Origin: Eledone cirrhosa
Taxonomy: Eukaryota
Length of the DNA stretch: 64,000 bases
Direction of reading: 5' to 3'
Assembly: GCA_964016885.1 (NCBI GenBank)
Contig: OZ024759.1
Span: 27,032,001-27,096,000 of the forward strand
Position 1 is the stretch's first letter. Every line of letters begins with the position of its first letter. Positions 10,385 through 23,900 of the stretch are shown here, one piece after another. The notes below the pieces were generated by a model. That model saw only the letters and a list, made by a program, of their open reading frames with translations, was not told the origin of the DNA and ran no database searches. The position numbers and the translations under genes are program-made.

Positions 10385-10752
10385 AGTTGACCTATACTAA
10401 AGGACTTCACTGATAGGGTTATATGTGTTATAATTTCCCAGTTGACCTATACTAAAGGACTTCACTGATAGGGTTATATGTGTTATAGTTTCCCAGTTGA
10501 CCTATACTAAAGGGCTTCACTGATAGAGTTATATGTGTTATAGTTTCCCAGAGGGCTTCACTGATAGGGTTATATGTGTTATAGTTTCCCAGTTGACCTA
10601 TACTAAAGGACTTCACTGATAGGGTTATATGTGTTATAGTTTCCCAGTTGACCTATACTAAAGGACTTCACTGATAGGGTTATATGTGTTATCGTTTCCC
10701 AGTTGACCTATACTAAAGGGCTTCACTGATAGAGTTATATGTGTTATAGTTT
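10385..10752 (+). repeat. 55-bp minisatellite, about 6.7 copies
   Basis: agttgacctatactaaaggacttcactgatagggttatatgtgttatagtttccc at 10385, 10440, 10495 etc., with one truncated unit. Same array at ~36707 and ~46820. Confidence 0.95.
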
Positions 10753-10992
10753 GAAACAAACTACCTGCATCTGTTATTATACTTTTATAACACCGCTATA
10801 TTACCTACATGAAAGAGGTAAATATTTATTTCTCTTGTCTTCTTAAATGTATAGAACATTTTTCTTATATATATTCTTAACATAGCTAGGACCGTTTATT
10901 ATTTACTAGTCTCTACTCCTAGGACTTTGCTGGTCTCATGTCCCCTCCATCAACACACACTCGGTAGAAAGCTGGTCGTCGGATGTAAAGTG

Positions 10993-11130
10993 GCCCTGAT
11001 TACAGGTCTAGTATTGAAGCCTTTCGGCTTGAGCCTTGCTGATGCCGACACAGTTCCTGTGGTAGTTTTGGTAGCACAGGTGACATTTTATTGTGTTTAG
11101 GTACCGGCTAGTGCGGACACAGAGAGCACA
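10993..11130 (-). pseudogene. Degenerate PHD-type zinc finger
   Basis: Manual translation CALCVRTSRYLNTIKCHLCYQNYHRNCVGISKAQAERLQY*TCNQG has C4HC3 spacing, with TAG at the conserved Trp and GGC at the last Cys position. Confidence 0.75.
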
Positions 11131-11315
11131 ACCAGGTGGTGAGCTGGCAACGACCAAGTGTAGAGGGCCAGCTTTGAAATTCGAGCGACGGAGTGAACTA
11201 GTAAAAGAGGCAGGGTAAGCAGCATTGGTTCTAACGGTGGGACTAGAACGGAGGTTGGGTGGTGCTGGGGGTGGGCTAACAGCTAACAGTTGTAGGAGTG
11301 GTGGGGGTTTGCTAG

Positions 11316-12923
11316 GATTAATTTTTACATCTGTCTGTGAACTCTTGAAAAAGCAACATACAATTGTCCAGGGTTAAATACTTGCTCAGGGAGGAACAGA
11401 CCCACTTTATCATGTATTTGACCATGGTTCTTGTTGATTGTCATGGCATATGACAGTCTTAATGGAAACTGGGGTCTTTCCAAAGTAAAAGGGATGTTGG
11501 CACCACTGGGGGATAACTTCAGTCTTGGGATCAAAACACACCTGCCCATGAAAGGACCATAGATATGAGAAGCTTTGATAAAATGTTTATGCAGTTCTAC
11601 TACTTCTAATCTTGTGCCATTACATAATCTGTTCTGGATTGAAATATTCCATAGAAGCATTATTATTGATCCTGCTTATAATTGGAGTTTGTGAGGCGGC
11701 ATCCCAGAAGGTGTAAGCAAGTTCATTTAGCTTGAACCAGGCAGCAAGGGTCCCTGCATTTCTACCACAACCTGAGCATTGCCTCTTTGAAAGTAAACTC
11801 TGTTTGTTCTCCAGGTGTGTGGCTAGGCTGTACACTGTATGTGATGCACCATGAAGCTTAAATTCCGAGAGACACGACACTGCTTCTGGCTGAGACACAT
11901 ACCTGCAACAAAGATAGGTTCTTATTTCATCATGGTTGTGTTGGTTCTGAGCCTCATTAGGTAATGCATTATTCGTTACTTCTATAGATGTACAATCATG
12001 CCCCATGTAACATATTTAAAGAGGTACTTGACACTTTTTACAGAAGCGCAAACTTCAACATTAATATGTGCACAATATTTCTTAAGCAAAAAGGCATTAA
12101 ATGGCATAACATTCCTGTTATCTACTGAATGTCATCCAATTTACACTGCAGTTCCTGTCTTGCACCTCCTGTACTCTGGGTATCCATTTAGGTTCAATAA
12201 TGTTTCCCTTCTGTAGGTTTTTGGATAGTTCTTTTTGAAAAATCCATTTTGTATAAATGGGGGAAAAGGGTTTCCAGAACCACATGGCCTGTGGATCATA
12301 AACTTTTAAACCTGCTCATGTAGTACTGGATCATCTTCCAATGCAGGTATTTCTGCTGACACGATTCTGTCAATGTCTTCTCTGTTTCTTATCTTGTCTT
12401 CATTTTTTAAGGCTCAGTGTTATCATCTGTTTAGATAATTCATTAAACCATTATACTCATCCACTCACAATTGGGCTTGATTGTTCCTCAAATATTGAAG
12501 CCTGCATCCCTCTACTTTCATATAGGCATCCACTAAATACTGCTAAAATAATTTACCTGCCCTATATATCGCACTAAATCCTCCTCTATATGCTATACAG
12601 TATATGTAATACTCCTGCATTGTCAGTCTATTGCAAACACAGGTCCTACATTCCTCTCCATGGCACTATGCCACCAAAATTCACCATTATCGGTCGGTCA
12701 TGAGGTCCAAGTGGCATGAATTATGTGGTATTTTCTGAGGAGGATGGTCTTTAGGAAAGATGATAATATCTCTTTGTACAGGTGGTGTGCCCTCAATCCC
12801 CCACAAAACAACAGCTATCATTACTAGTTGGTAAATTAGAGCAGCTCATATCTGATCCTCTTCTAAATCTTAATTCACAGTTCTGTACACGACAATTTTC
12901 TCTTCTTGCACTTTGCTGTTTGA
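11316..12923 (-). pseudogene. Helitron Rep/Hel (Rep remnant plus PIF1-helicase C-terminus), internally deleted
   Basis: GKLF*QYLVDAYMKVEGCRL, DIDRIVSAEIP, MIHRPCG, GYPEYRR, AHINVEVCASVKSVKYLFKYV, RYVSQPEA, TPSGMPPHKLQLK, LCNGTRL, QFPLRLSYAMTINKNHGQ, GQLYVAFSRV; several stops and frameshifts. Confidence 0.95.
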
Positions 12924-13931
12924 GATGAAACAAGATAGCAATGTCCATAACATTACATGTCAGAATTATTAGCCACAGGGGCAGAGATGTCCATAACATT
13001 ACATGTCAGAATTATTAGCCACCGGGGCAGAGATGTCCATAACATTACATGTCAGAATTATTAGCCACAGGGGCAGAGATGTCCATAACATTACATGACA
13101 GAATTATTAGCCACAGGGGCAGAGATGACCATAACATTACATGACAGATTTATTAGCCACAGGTGCAGAGATGACCATAACATTACATGACAGAATTATT
13201 AACCACAGGGGCAGAGATGACCATAACATTACATGACAATTATTAGCCCCAGGGGCAGATATGTCCATAACATTACATGACAGAGTTTCATCTCGCGCTC
13301 TCTCTCTCTCGTTTCATCTCGCTCTCTCTCTCTCTCGTTTCATCTCTGTCTTCCTCTCTCTCATTTCATCTCTGTCTTCCTCTCTCTCGTTCCATCTCTC
13401 TCTTCCTCTCTCTCGTTCCATCTCTCTCTTCCTCTCTCTCGTTTCATCACTCTCTCTCGTTTCATCTCTATTTCTCTCTCTCGTTTCATCTGTCTCTCTC
13501 TCTGTCGTTTCATCTCCCTCTATCTCTCTCTCGCTCTCTCATTTCATCTCTCTCTCCCTCTCGTTTCATCTCGCTCTCTCTCTCCTGTTTCATCTCGCTC
13601 TCTCTCTCCTGTTTCATCTCGCTCTCTAGTCTCGTTTCCTCTCTCTCTCATTTCATCTCGCTCTCTCTCTCTCATTTCATCTCGCTCTCACTCTCTCTCA
13701 TTTCATCTCGCTCTCTCTCTCTCATTTCATCTCGCTCTCACTCTCTCATTTCATCTCGCTCTCACTCTCTCTCATTTCATCTCGCTCTCTCTCTCTCTCT
13801 CGTTTCATCTCGCTCTCTCTCTCTCATTTCATGTCGCTCTCACTCTCTCTCATTTCATCTCGCACTCACTCTCTCATTTCATCTCGCTCTCTCTCTCTCT
13901 CGTTTCATCTCGCTCTCTCTGTCTCATTTCA

Positions 13932-13970
<39 letters not shown>

Positions 13971-14184
13971 TCATCTCGCTCTCTCTCTCTCTCATTTCAT
14001 CTCACTCTCTCTCTCTCTCGTTTCATCTCGCTCTCACTCTCTCATTTCATCTCGCTCTCTCTCTCTCGTTCCATCTTGCTCTCTCTCTCTCTTCCTCTCT
14101 CTCTTGTTTCAACACTCTAATCCCTCACTTGTTTCATCTCTCTCTAATCCCTCACTTGTTTCATCTCTCTCTTGTTTCAATTCG

Positions 14185-14215
<31 letters not shown>

Positions 14216-14217
14216 CC
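12924..14217 (+). repeat. Left part of the 2.6-kb insert: 46-bp array plus CT block, cut by the gap
   Basis: Matches 39246-40531; starts gatgaaacaagatagcaatgtccataac directly after Helitron ...gctgtttga. Confidence 0.9.
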
Positions 14218-14417
14218 NNNNNNNNNNNNNNNNNNNNNNNNNNNNNNNNNNNNNNNNNNNNNNNNNNNNNNNNNNNNNNNNNNNNNNNNNNNNNNNNNNN
14301 NNNNNNNNNNNNNNNNNNNNNNNNNNNNNNNNNNNNNNNNNNNNNNNNNNNNNNNNNNNNNNNNNNNNNNNNNNNNNNNNNNNNNNNNNNNNNNNNNNNN
14401 NNNNNNNNNNNNNNNNN
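14218..14417. other. Assembly gap (200 N)
   Basis: Run of N of round length, so probably a placeholder; true size and orientation across it are unknown. Confidence 0.99.
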
Positions 14418-17400
14418 TCTGACATGTAATGTTATGGACATCTCTGCCCTGTGGCTAATAATTCTGACATGTAATGTTATGGACATCTCTGCCCCTGTGG
14501 CTAATAATTCTGAGAGAGATGAAACAAGTGAGGGATTAGAGAGAGATAAAACAAGTGAGGGATTAGAGTGTTGAAACAAGAGAGAGAGAGGAAGAGAGAG
14601 AGAGAGCGAGATGAAATGAGACAGGGAGAGCGAGATGAAACACGAGAGTGAGAGAAGCGAGATGAAACGAGAGAGTGAGAGCGAGATGAAACGAGAGAGA
14701 GAGAGAGCGAGATGAAACGAGACAGAGAGAGCGAGATGTAATGAGAGAGAGAGAGAGCGGGATGGAACGAGACAAAGAGGAAACGAGAGAGAGGAAACGA
14801 GAGTAGAGAGCGAGATGAAACGAGAGGGAGAGAGAGATGAAACGAGAGAGCGAGAGAGAGATGAAACGAGGGAGATAGAGATGAAACGAGAGAGAGAAAG
14901 AGAGAGATGGAACGAGAGAGAGGAAGAAAGAGATGAAACGAGAGAGAGAGAGAGCGAGATGAAACGAGAGAGAGAGAGCGCGAGATGAAACGAGAGAGAG
15001 AGAGCGCGAGATGAAACGAGAGAGAGAGAGCGCGAGATGAAACGACAGAGAGAGAGACAGATAAAAGGAGGGAGATAGAGATGAAACGAGAGAGAGGAAG
15101 ATAGAGATGGAACGAGAGAGAGCAAGAGAGAGATGGAACGAGAGAGAGGAAGACAGAGATGAAACGAGAGAGAGAGAGAGCGAGATGAAACTCTGTCATG
15201 TAATGTTATGGACATATCTGCCCTTGGGGCTAATAATTGTCATGTAATGTTATGGACATCTCTGCCCCTGTGGCTAATAATTCTGTCATGTAATGTTATG
15301 GACATCTCTGCCCCTGTGGCTAATAATTTTGTCATGTAATGTTATGGACATCTCTGCCCTGTGGCTAATAATTCTGACATGTAATGTTATGGACATCTCT
15401 GCCCCTGTGGCTAATAATTCTAAGAGAGATGAAACAAGTGAGGGATTAGAGAGAGATAAAAAAGTGAGGGATTAGAGTGTTGAAACAAGAGAGAGAGAGG
15501 AAGAGAGAGAGAGAGAGCGAGATGAAATGAGACAGGGAGAGCGAGATGAAACGAGACAGAGAGGAAACGAGAGAGAGGAGACGAGAGTAGAGAGCGAGAT
15601 GAAACAGAAGAGAGAGAGCGAGATGAAACGAGAGGGAGAGAGAGATGAAACGAGTGAGCGAGAGAGAGATGAAACGAGGGAGATAGAGATGAAACGAGAG
15701 AGAGGAAGAGAGAGATGGAACGAGAGAGAGGAAGAGAGAGAGGAAGACAGAGATGAAACGAGAGAGAGAGAGAGCGAGATGAAATGAGAGAGAGAGAGCG
15801 CGAGATGAAACGAGAGAGAGAGAGAGCGCGAGATGAAACGACAGAGAGAGAGACAGATGAAAGGAGGGAGATAAAGATGAAACGAGAGAGAGGAAGAGAG
15901 AGATGGAACGAGAGAGAGGAAGAGAGAGAGGAAGACAGAGATGAAACGAGAGAGAGAGAGAGCGAGAGGAAACGAGAGAGAGAGAGCGCAAGATGAAACG
16001 AGAGAGAGAGAGCGCGAGATGAAACTCTGTCATGTAATGTTATTGACATATCTGCCCCTGTGGCTAATAATTCTGTCATGTAATGTTATGGTCATCTCTG
16101 CCCCTGTGGCTAATAATTCTGTCATGTAATGTTATGGACATCTCTGCCCCTGTGGTTAATAATTCTGACATGTAATGTTATGGTCATCTCTGCGCCTGTG
16201 GCTAATAATTCTGAGAGAGATGAAACAAGTGAGGGATTAGAGTGTTGAAACAAGAGAGAGAGAGCGAGATGAAATGAGAGAGTGTGAGCGAGATGAAACG
16301 AGACAGGGAGAGCGAGATGAAACGAGAGAGTGAGAGCGAGATGAAACGAGAGAGTGAGAGCGAGATGAAACGAGAGAGAGAGAGCGAGATGAAATGAGAG
16401 AGAGAGAGCGAGATGAAATGAGAGAGAGAGAGCGAGATGAAACGAGACAGAGAGAGAACGAGATGAAACGAGAGAGTGAGAGCGAGATGAAACGAGAGAG
16501 AGAGAGCGAGATGAAACGGGAGGGAGAGAGAGATGAAACGAGAGAGAGTGGAAACGAGAGTAGAGAGCGAGATGAAACAGGAGAGAGAGAGAGCGAGATG
16601 AAACAGGAGAGAGAGAGCGAGATGAAACGAGAGGGAGAGAGAGATGAAACGAGAGAGCGAGAGAGAGATGAAACGAGGGAGATAGAGATGAAACGAGAGA
16701 GAGGAAGAGAGAGATGGAACGAGAGAGAGGAAGATAGAGATGGAACGAGAGAGAGGAAGACAGAGATGAAACGAGAGAGAGAGAGAGCGAGATGAAACAG
16801 GAGAGAGAGAGCGAGATGAAACGAGAGGGAGAGAGAGATGAAACGAGAGAGCGAGAGAGAGATGAAACAAGGGAGATAGAGATGAAACGAGAGAGAGGAA
16901 GAGAGAGATGGAACGAGAGAGAGGAAGAGAGAGATGGAACGAGAGAGAGGAAGACAGAGATGAAACGAGAGAGCGAGATGAAACGAGAGAGAGAGAGAGC
17001 GAGAAGAAACGAGAGAGAGGAAGAGAGAGAGCGCCAGATGAAACTCTGTCATGTAATGTTATGGACATATCTGCCCTTGGGGCTAATAATTGTCATGTAA
17101 TGTTATGGACATCTCTGCCCCTGTGGCTAATAATTCTGAGAGAGATGAAACAAGTGAGGGATTAGAGAGAGATAAAACAAGTGAGGGATTAGAGTGTTGA
17201 AACAAGAGAGAGAGAGAGCGAGATGAAACGCGATAGTGAGAGAAGCGAGATGAAACGAGAGAGTGAGAGCGAGATGAAACGAGAGAGAGAGAGAGCGAGA
17301 TGAAACGAGACAGAGAGAGCGAGATGTAATGAGAGAGAGAGCGAGCGGGATGGAACGAGACAGAGAGGAAACGAGAGTAGAGAGCGAGATGAAACGAGAG

Positions 17401-20400
17401 GGAGAGAGAGATGAAACGAGAGAGCGAGAGAGAGATGAAACGAGGGAGATAGAGATGAAATGAGAGAGAGGAAGAGAGAGATGGAACGAGAGAGAGGAAG
17501 ACAGAGATGAAACGAGAGAGAGAGAGAGCGAGATGAAACGAGACAGAGAGAGCGCGAGATGAAACGAGAGAGAGAGAGCACGAGATGAAACGACAGAGAG
17601 AGAGACAGATGAAAGGAGGGAGATAGAGATAAAACGAGAGAGAGGATGAGAGAGATGGAACGAGAGAGAGGAAGAGAGAGATGGAACGAGAGAGAGGAAG
17701 ACAGAGATGAAACGAGAGAGAGAGAGAGCAAGATGAAACGAGAGAGAGAGAGCGCGAGATGAAACTCTATCATGTAATGTTATTGATATATCTGCCCCTG
17801 TGGCTAATAATTGTCATGTAATGTTATGGTCATCTCTGCCCCTGTGGCTAATAATTCTGTCATGTAATGTTATGGACGTCTCCGCCCCTGTGGCTAATAA
17901 CTCTGACATGTAATGTTATGGACATCTCTGCCCTGTGGCTAATAATTCTGACATGTAATGTTATGGACATCTCTGCCCCTGTGGCTAATAATTCTGAGAG
18001 AGATGAAACAAGTGAGGGATTAGAGAGAGATAAAACAAGTGAGGGATTAGAGTGTTGAAACAGGAGAGAGAGAGCGAGATGAAACGCGATAGTGAGAGAG
18101 GCGAGATGAAACGAGAGAGTGAGAGCGAGATGAAACGGGACAGAGAGAGCGAGATGTAATGAGAGAGAGAGAGAGCGGGATGGAACGAGACAGAGAGGAA
18201 ACGAGAGTAGAGAGCGAGATGAAACGAGAGGGAGAGAGAGATGAAACGAGAGAGCGAGAGAGAGATGAAACGAGGGAGATAGAGATGAAACGAGAGAGAG
18301 GAAGAGAGAGATGGAACGAGAGAGAGGAAGACAGAGATGAAACGAGAGAGAGAGCGAGATGAAACGAGAGAGAGAGAGCGCAAGATGAAACGAGAGAGAG
18401 AGAGCGCGAGATGAAACGACAGAGAGAGAGACAGATGAAAGGAGGGAGATAGAGATGAAACGAGAGAGAGGAAGAGAGAGATGGAACGAGAGAGAGGAAG
18501 ACAGAGATGAAACGAGAGAGAGAGCGAGATGAAACGAGAGAGAGGAAGAGAGAGAGCGCGAGATGAAACTCTCTCATGTAATGTTATCGACATATCTGCC
18601 CTTGGGGCTAATAATTGTCATGTAATGTTATGGACATCTCTGTCCCTATGGCTAATAATTCTGTCATGTAATGTTATGGACATCTCTGCCCCTGTGGCTA
18701 ATAATTCTGTCATGTAATGTTATGGACATCTCTGCCCCTGTGGCTAATAATTCTGACATGTAATGTTATGGACATCTCTGCCCCTGTGGCTAATAATTCT
18801 GCCATGTAATGTTATGGACATCTCTGCCCTGTGGCTAATAATTCTGACATGTAATGTTATGGACATCTCTGCCCCTGTGGCGAATAATTCTGAGAGAGAT
18901 GAACCAAGTGAGGGATTAGAGAGAGATAAAACAAGTGAGGGATTAGAGTGTTGAAACAAGAGAGAGAGAGGAAGAGAGAGAGAGAGCGAGATGAAACAAG
19001 AGAGTGAGAGAGGCGAGATGAAACGAGAGAGTGAGAGCGAGATCAAACGAGAAAGAGAGACAGCGAGATGAAACGAGACAGAGAGGAAACGAGAGAGAGA
19101 GGAAATGAGAGAGAGGAAACGAGAGTAGAGAGCGAGATGAAACAGGAGAGAGAGAGCGAGAAGAAACGAGCGGGAGAGAGAGATGAAACGAGAGAGCGAG
19201 AGAGAGATGAAACGAGGGAGATAGAGATGAAACGAGAGAGAGGAAGAGAGAGATGGAACGAGAGAGAGGAAGACAGAGATGAAACGAGAGAGAGAGAGAG
19301 CGAGATAAAACGAGACAGAGAGAGCGCGAGATGAAACGAGAGAGAGAGAGCGCGAGATGAAACGACAGAGAGAGAGACAGATGAAAGGAGGGAGATAGAG
19401 ATGAAACGAGAGAGAGGATGAGAGAGATGGAACGAGAGAGAGGAAGAGAGAGATGGAACGAGAGAGAGGAAGACAGAGATGAAACGAGAGAGAGAGCAAG
19501 ATGAAACGAGAGAGAGAGAGCGCAAGATGAAACGAGAGAGAGAGAGCGCGAGATGAAACTCTGTCATGTAATGTTATTGACATATCTGTCCCTGTGGCTA
19601 ATAATTGTCATGTAATGTTATGGTCATCTCTGCCCCTGTGGCTAATAATTCTGTCATGTAATGTTATGGACATCTCTGCCCTTGTGGCTAATAATTCTGA
19701 GATATATTAAACAAGTGAGGGATTAGAGTGTTGAAACAAGAGAGAGAGAGCGAGAAGAAATGAGAGAGTGAGAGCGGGATGAAATGAGAGAGAGAGAGCG
19801 AGATGAAACGGGAGGGAGAGAGAGATGAAACGAGAGAGAGAGGAAACGAGAGAGAGAGGAAACGAGAGTAGAGAGCGAGATGAAACAAGAGAGAGAGAGA
19901 GCGAGATGAAACAGGAGAGAGAGAGCGAGATGAAACGAGAGGGAGAGAGAGATGAAACGAGAGAGCGAGAGAGAGATGAAACAAGGGAGATAGAGATGAA
20001 ACGAGAGAGAGGAAGAGAGAGATGGAACGAGAGAGAGGAAGAGAGAGATGGCACGAGAGAGAGGAAGACAGAGATGAAACGAGAGAGAGAGAGCGAGATG
20101 AAACGAGAGAGAGAGAGCGCGACATGAAACGAGAGAGAGAGAGCGCTAGATGAAACGACAGAGAGCGAGACAGATGAAAGAAGGGAGATAGAGATGAAAC
20201 GAGAGAGAGGAAGAGAGAGATGGAACGAGAGAGAGGAAGACAGAGATGAAACGAGAGAGAGAGAGAGCAAGATGAAACGAGAGAGAGAGAGAGCGCAAGA
20301 TGAAACGAGAGAGAGGAAGAGAGAGATGGAACGAGAGAGAGGAAGAGAGAGATGGCACGAGAGAGAGGAAGACAGAGATGAAACGAGAGAGAGAGAGCGA

Positions 20401-20957
20401 GATGAAACGAGAGAGAGAGAGCGCAAGATGAAACGAGAGAGAGAGAGCGCGAGATGAAACGACAGAGAGAGAGACAGATGAAAGAACGGAGATAGAGATG
20501 AAACGAGAGAGAGGAAGAAAGAGATGGAACGAGAGAGAGGAAGAGAGAGATGGAACGAGAGAGAGGAAGACAGAGATGAAACGAGAGAGAGAGCGAGATG
20601 AAACGAGAGAGAGGAAGACAGAGATGAATCGAGAGAGAGGGAGAGCGAGATGAAACGAGAGAGAGAGCGCGCAAGATGAAACTCTGTCATGTAATGTTAT
20701 TGACATATCTGCCCCTGTGGCTAATAATTGTCATGTAATGTTATGGTCATCTCTGCCCCTGTGGCTAATAATTCTGTCATGTAATGTTATGGACATCTCT
20801 GCCCCTGTGGCTAATAATTCTGACATGTAATGTTATGGACATCTCTGCCCTTGTGGCTAATAAATCTGACATGTAATGTTATGGAAATCTCTGCCCCTGT
20901 GGCTAATAATTCTGTCATGTAATGTTATGGAAATCTCTGCCCCTATGGCTAATAAAT
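14418..20957 (-). repeat. Higher-order satellite, reverse orientation: seven GA-rich blocks alternating with 46-bp arrays
   Basis: GA blocks start at ~14512, 15421, 16213, 17138, 17996, 18892, 19699; each starts near gagagagatgaaacaagtgagggattag and ends near gatgaaactctgtcatg. Confidence 0.95.
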
Positions 20958-23900
20958 CAGAATTATTAGCCACAGGGGCAGAGATGTCCATAACATTACA
21001 TGTCAGAATTATTAGCCACAGGGGCAGAGATGTCCATAACATTACATGACAGATTTATTAGCCACAGGGGCAGAGATGTCCATAACATTACATGTCAGAT
21101 TTATTAGCCACAGGGGCAGAGATGTCCATAACATTACATGTCAAAATTATTAGCCACAGGGGCAGAGATGTCCATAACATTACATGACAGATTTATTAGC
21201 CACAGGGGCAGAGATGTCCATAACATTACATGACAGAATTATTAGCCACAGGGGCAGAGATGTCCATAACATTACATGACAGAATTATTAGCCACAGGGG
21301 CAGAGATTTCCATAACATTACATGACAATTATTAGCCCCAAGGGCAGATATGTCCATAACATTACATGACAGACTTTCATCTCGCGCTCTCTCTCTCGTT
21401 TCATCTCACGCTCTCTCTCTTCCTCTCTCTCGTTTCATCTCGCGTTCTCTCTCTTCCTCTCTCTCGTTTCATCTCGCTCTCTCTCTCGTTTCATCTCTGT
21501 CTTCCTCTCTCTCGTTCCATCTCTCTCTTCCTCTCTCTCGTTCCATCTCTCTCTTCCTCTCTCTCGTTTCATCTCTCTCTCTCGTTTCATCTCTATCTCC
21601 CTCGTTTCATCTGTCTCTCTCTCTGTCGTTTCATCTCCCTCTATCTCTCTCTCGCTCTCTCGTTTCATCTCTCTCTCCCTCTCGTTTCATCTCGCTCTCT
21701 CTCTCCTGTTTCATCTCGCTCTCTCTCTCCTGTTTCATCTCGCTCTCTACTCTCGTTTCCTCTCTCTCGTATCCTCTCTCTCGTTTCCTCTCTCTCTCGT
21801 TTCCTCTCTCTCTCGTTTCCTCTAGCTCTCACTCTCTCGTTTCATCTCGCTCTCTCTCTCTCATTTCATCTCGCTCTCTCTCTCTCGTTTCATATCGCTC
21901 TCACTCTCTCATTTCATCTCGCTCTCTCTCTCTCGTTTGATCTCGCTCTCACTCTCTCTTCCTCTCTCTCTCTTGTTTCAACACTCTAATCCCTCACTTG
22001 TTTCATCTCTCTCTTATCCCTCACTTGTTTCATCTCTCTCAGAATTATTAGCCACAGGGGCAGAGATATCCATAACATTACATGTCAGAATTATTAGCCA
22101 CAGGGGCAGAGATGTCCATAACATTACATGACAGATTTATTAGCCACAGGGGCGGAGATGTCCATAACATTACATGACGAATTTATTAGCCACAGGGGCA
22201 GAGATGTCCATAACATTACATGACAGAATTATTAGCCACAGGGGCAGAGATGTCCATAACATTACATGACAGAATTATTTGCCACAGGGGCAGAGATGTA
22301 CATAACATTACATGACAATTATTAGCCCCAAGGGCAGATATGTCCATAACATTACATGACAATTATTAGCCCCAAGGGCAGATATTTCCATAACATTACA
22401 TGACAGACTTTCATCTCGCGCTCTCTCTCTTCCTCTCTCTCGTTTCATCTCGCTCTCTCTCTCTCGTTTCATCTCGCTCTCTCTCTCTCTCGTTTCATCT
22501 CGCGCTCTCTCTCTTCCTCTCTCTCGTTTCATCTCGCTCTCTCTCTCGTTTCATATCTGTCTTCCTCTCTCTCGTTCCATCTCTCTATTCCTCTCTCTCT
22601 CGTTTCATCTAGCTATCACTCTCCCGTTTCATCTCCCTCTATCTCTCTCTCGCTCTCTCGTTTCATCTCTCCCTCCCTCTCATTTCATCTCGCTCTCTCT
22701 CTCCGGTTTCATCTCGCTCTCTCTCTCTCCTGTTTCATCTTGCTCTCTACTCTCGTTTCCTCTCTCTCGTTTCCTCTCTCTCGTTTCCTCTATCTCTCGT
22801 TTCCTCTCTCTCTCGTTTCATCTAGCTCTCACTCCCTCGTTTCATCTCGCTCTCTCTGACTCGTTCCATCTCGCTCTCACTCTCTCGTTTCATCTCGCTC
22901 TCTCTCTCTCATTTCATCTCGCTCTCTCTCTCTCATTTCATCTCGATCTCTCTGTCTCGTTTCATCCCGCTCTCTCTGTCTCGTTTCATCTCGCTCTCTC
23001 TCTCTCATTTCATCTCGCTCTCTCTCTCTCATTTCATCTCGCTCTCTCTCTCTCTCTCGTTTCATCTCACTCTCAATCTCTCATTTCATCTCGCTCTCTC
23101 TCTCTCATTTCATCTCGCGCTCTCTCTCTTCCTCTCTCTCGTTTCATCTCGCTCTCTCTCTCTTCCTCTCTCTCGTTTCATCTCGCTCTCTCTCTCTCGT
23201 TTCATCTTGCGCTCTCTCTCTTCCTCTCTCTCGTTTCATCTCGCGCTCTCTCTCTTCCTCTCTCTCGTTTCATCTTGCTCTCTCCCTCTCTCGTTTCATC
23301 TCGCGTTCTCTCTCTTCCTCTCTCTCGTTTCATCTCTGTCTTCCTCTCTCTCGTTCCATCTCTCTCTTCCTCTCTCTCGTTCCATCTCTCTCTTCCTCTC
23401 TCTCGTTTCATCTCTCTCTCTCGTTTCATCTCTATCTCCCTCGTTTCATCTGTCTCTCTCTCTGTCGTTTCATCTCCCTCTATCTCTCTCTCGCTCTCTC
23501 GTTTCATCTCTCTCTCCCTCTCGTTTCATCTCGCTCTCTCTCTCCTGTTTCATCTCGCTCTCTCTCTCCTGTTTCATCTCGCTCTCTACTCTCGTTTCCT
23601 CTCTCTCGTATCCTCTCTCTCGTTTCCTCTCTCTCTCGTTTCCTCTCTCTCTCGTTTCCTCTAGCTCTCACTCTCTCATTTCATCTCGCTCTCTCTCTCT
23701 CGTTTCATCTCGCTCTAATCTGTCTCGTTTCATTTCGCTCTCTCTCTCTCTCGTTTCATTTCGCTCTCTCTGTCTCGTTTCATCTCGCTCTCTCTCTCTC
23801 ATTTCAACTCGCTCTCTCTCTCTCATTTCATCTCGCTCTCTCTCTCTCGTTTCATATCGCTCTCACTCTCTCATTGCATCTCGCTCTCTCTCTCTCGTTT

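Noticed and set aside
9960-11320. Macro-unit as a complete Helitron concatemer with TC...CTAG ends
   Set aside because: Several ctag sites lie downstream of the helicase, but none has a convincing GC-rich subterminal hairpin, and no 5' TC end was identified.
12941-13283. 46-bp repeats as a CRISPR array
   Set aside because: Repeats are head-to-tail with no unique spacers, no cas genes are present and the context is eukaryotic.
14109-14574. ORFs and an apparent inversion spanning the N gap
   Set aside because: The gap is an artificial join; both sides match separate positions elsewhere in the window.
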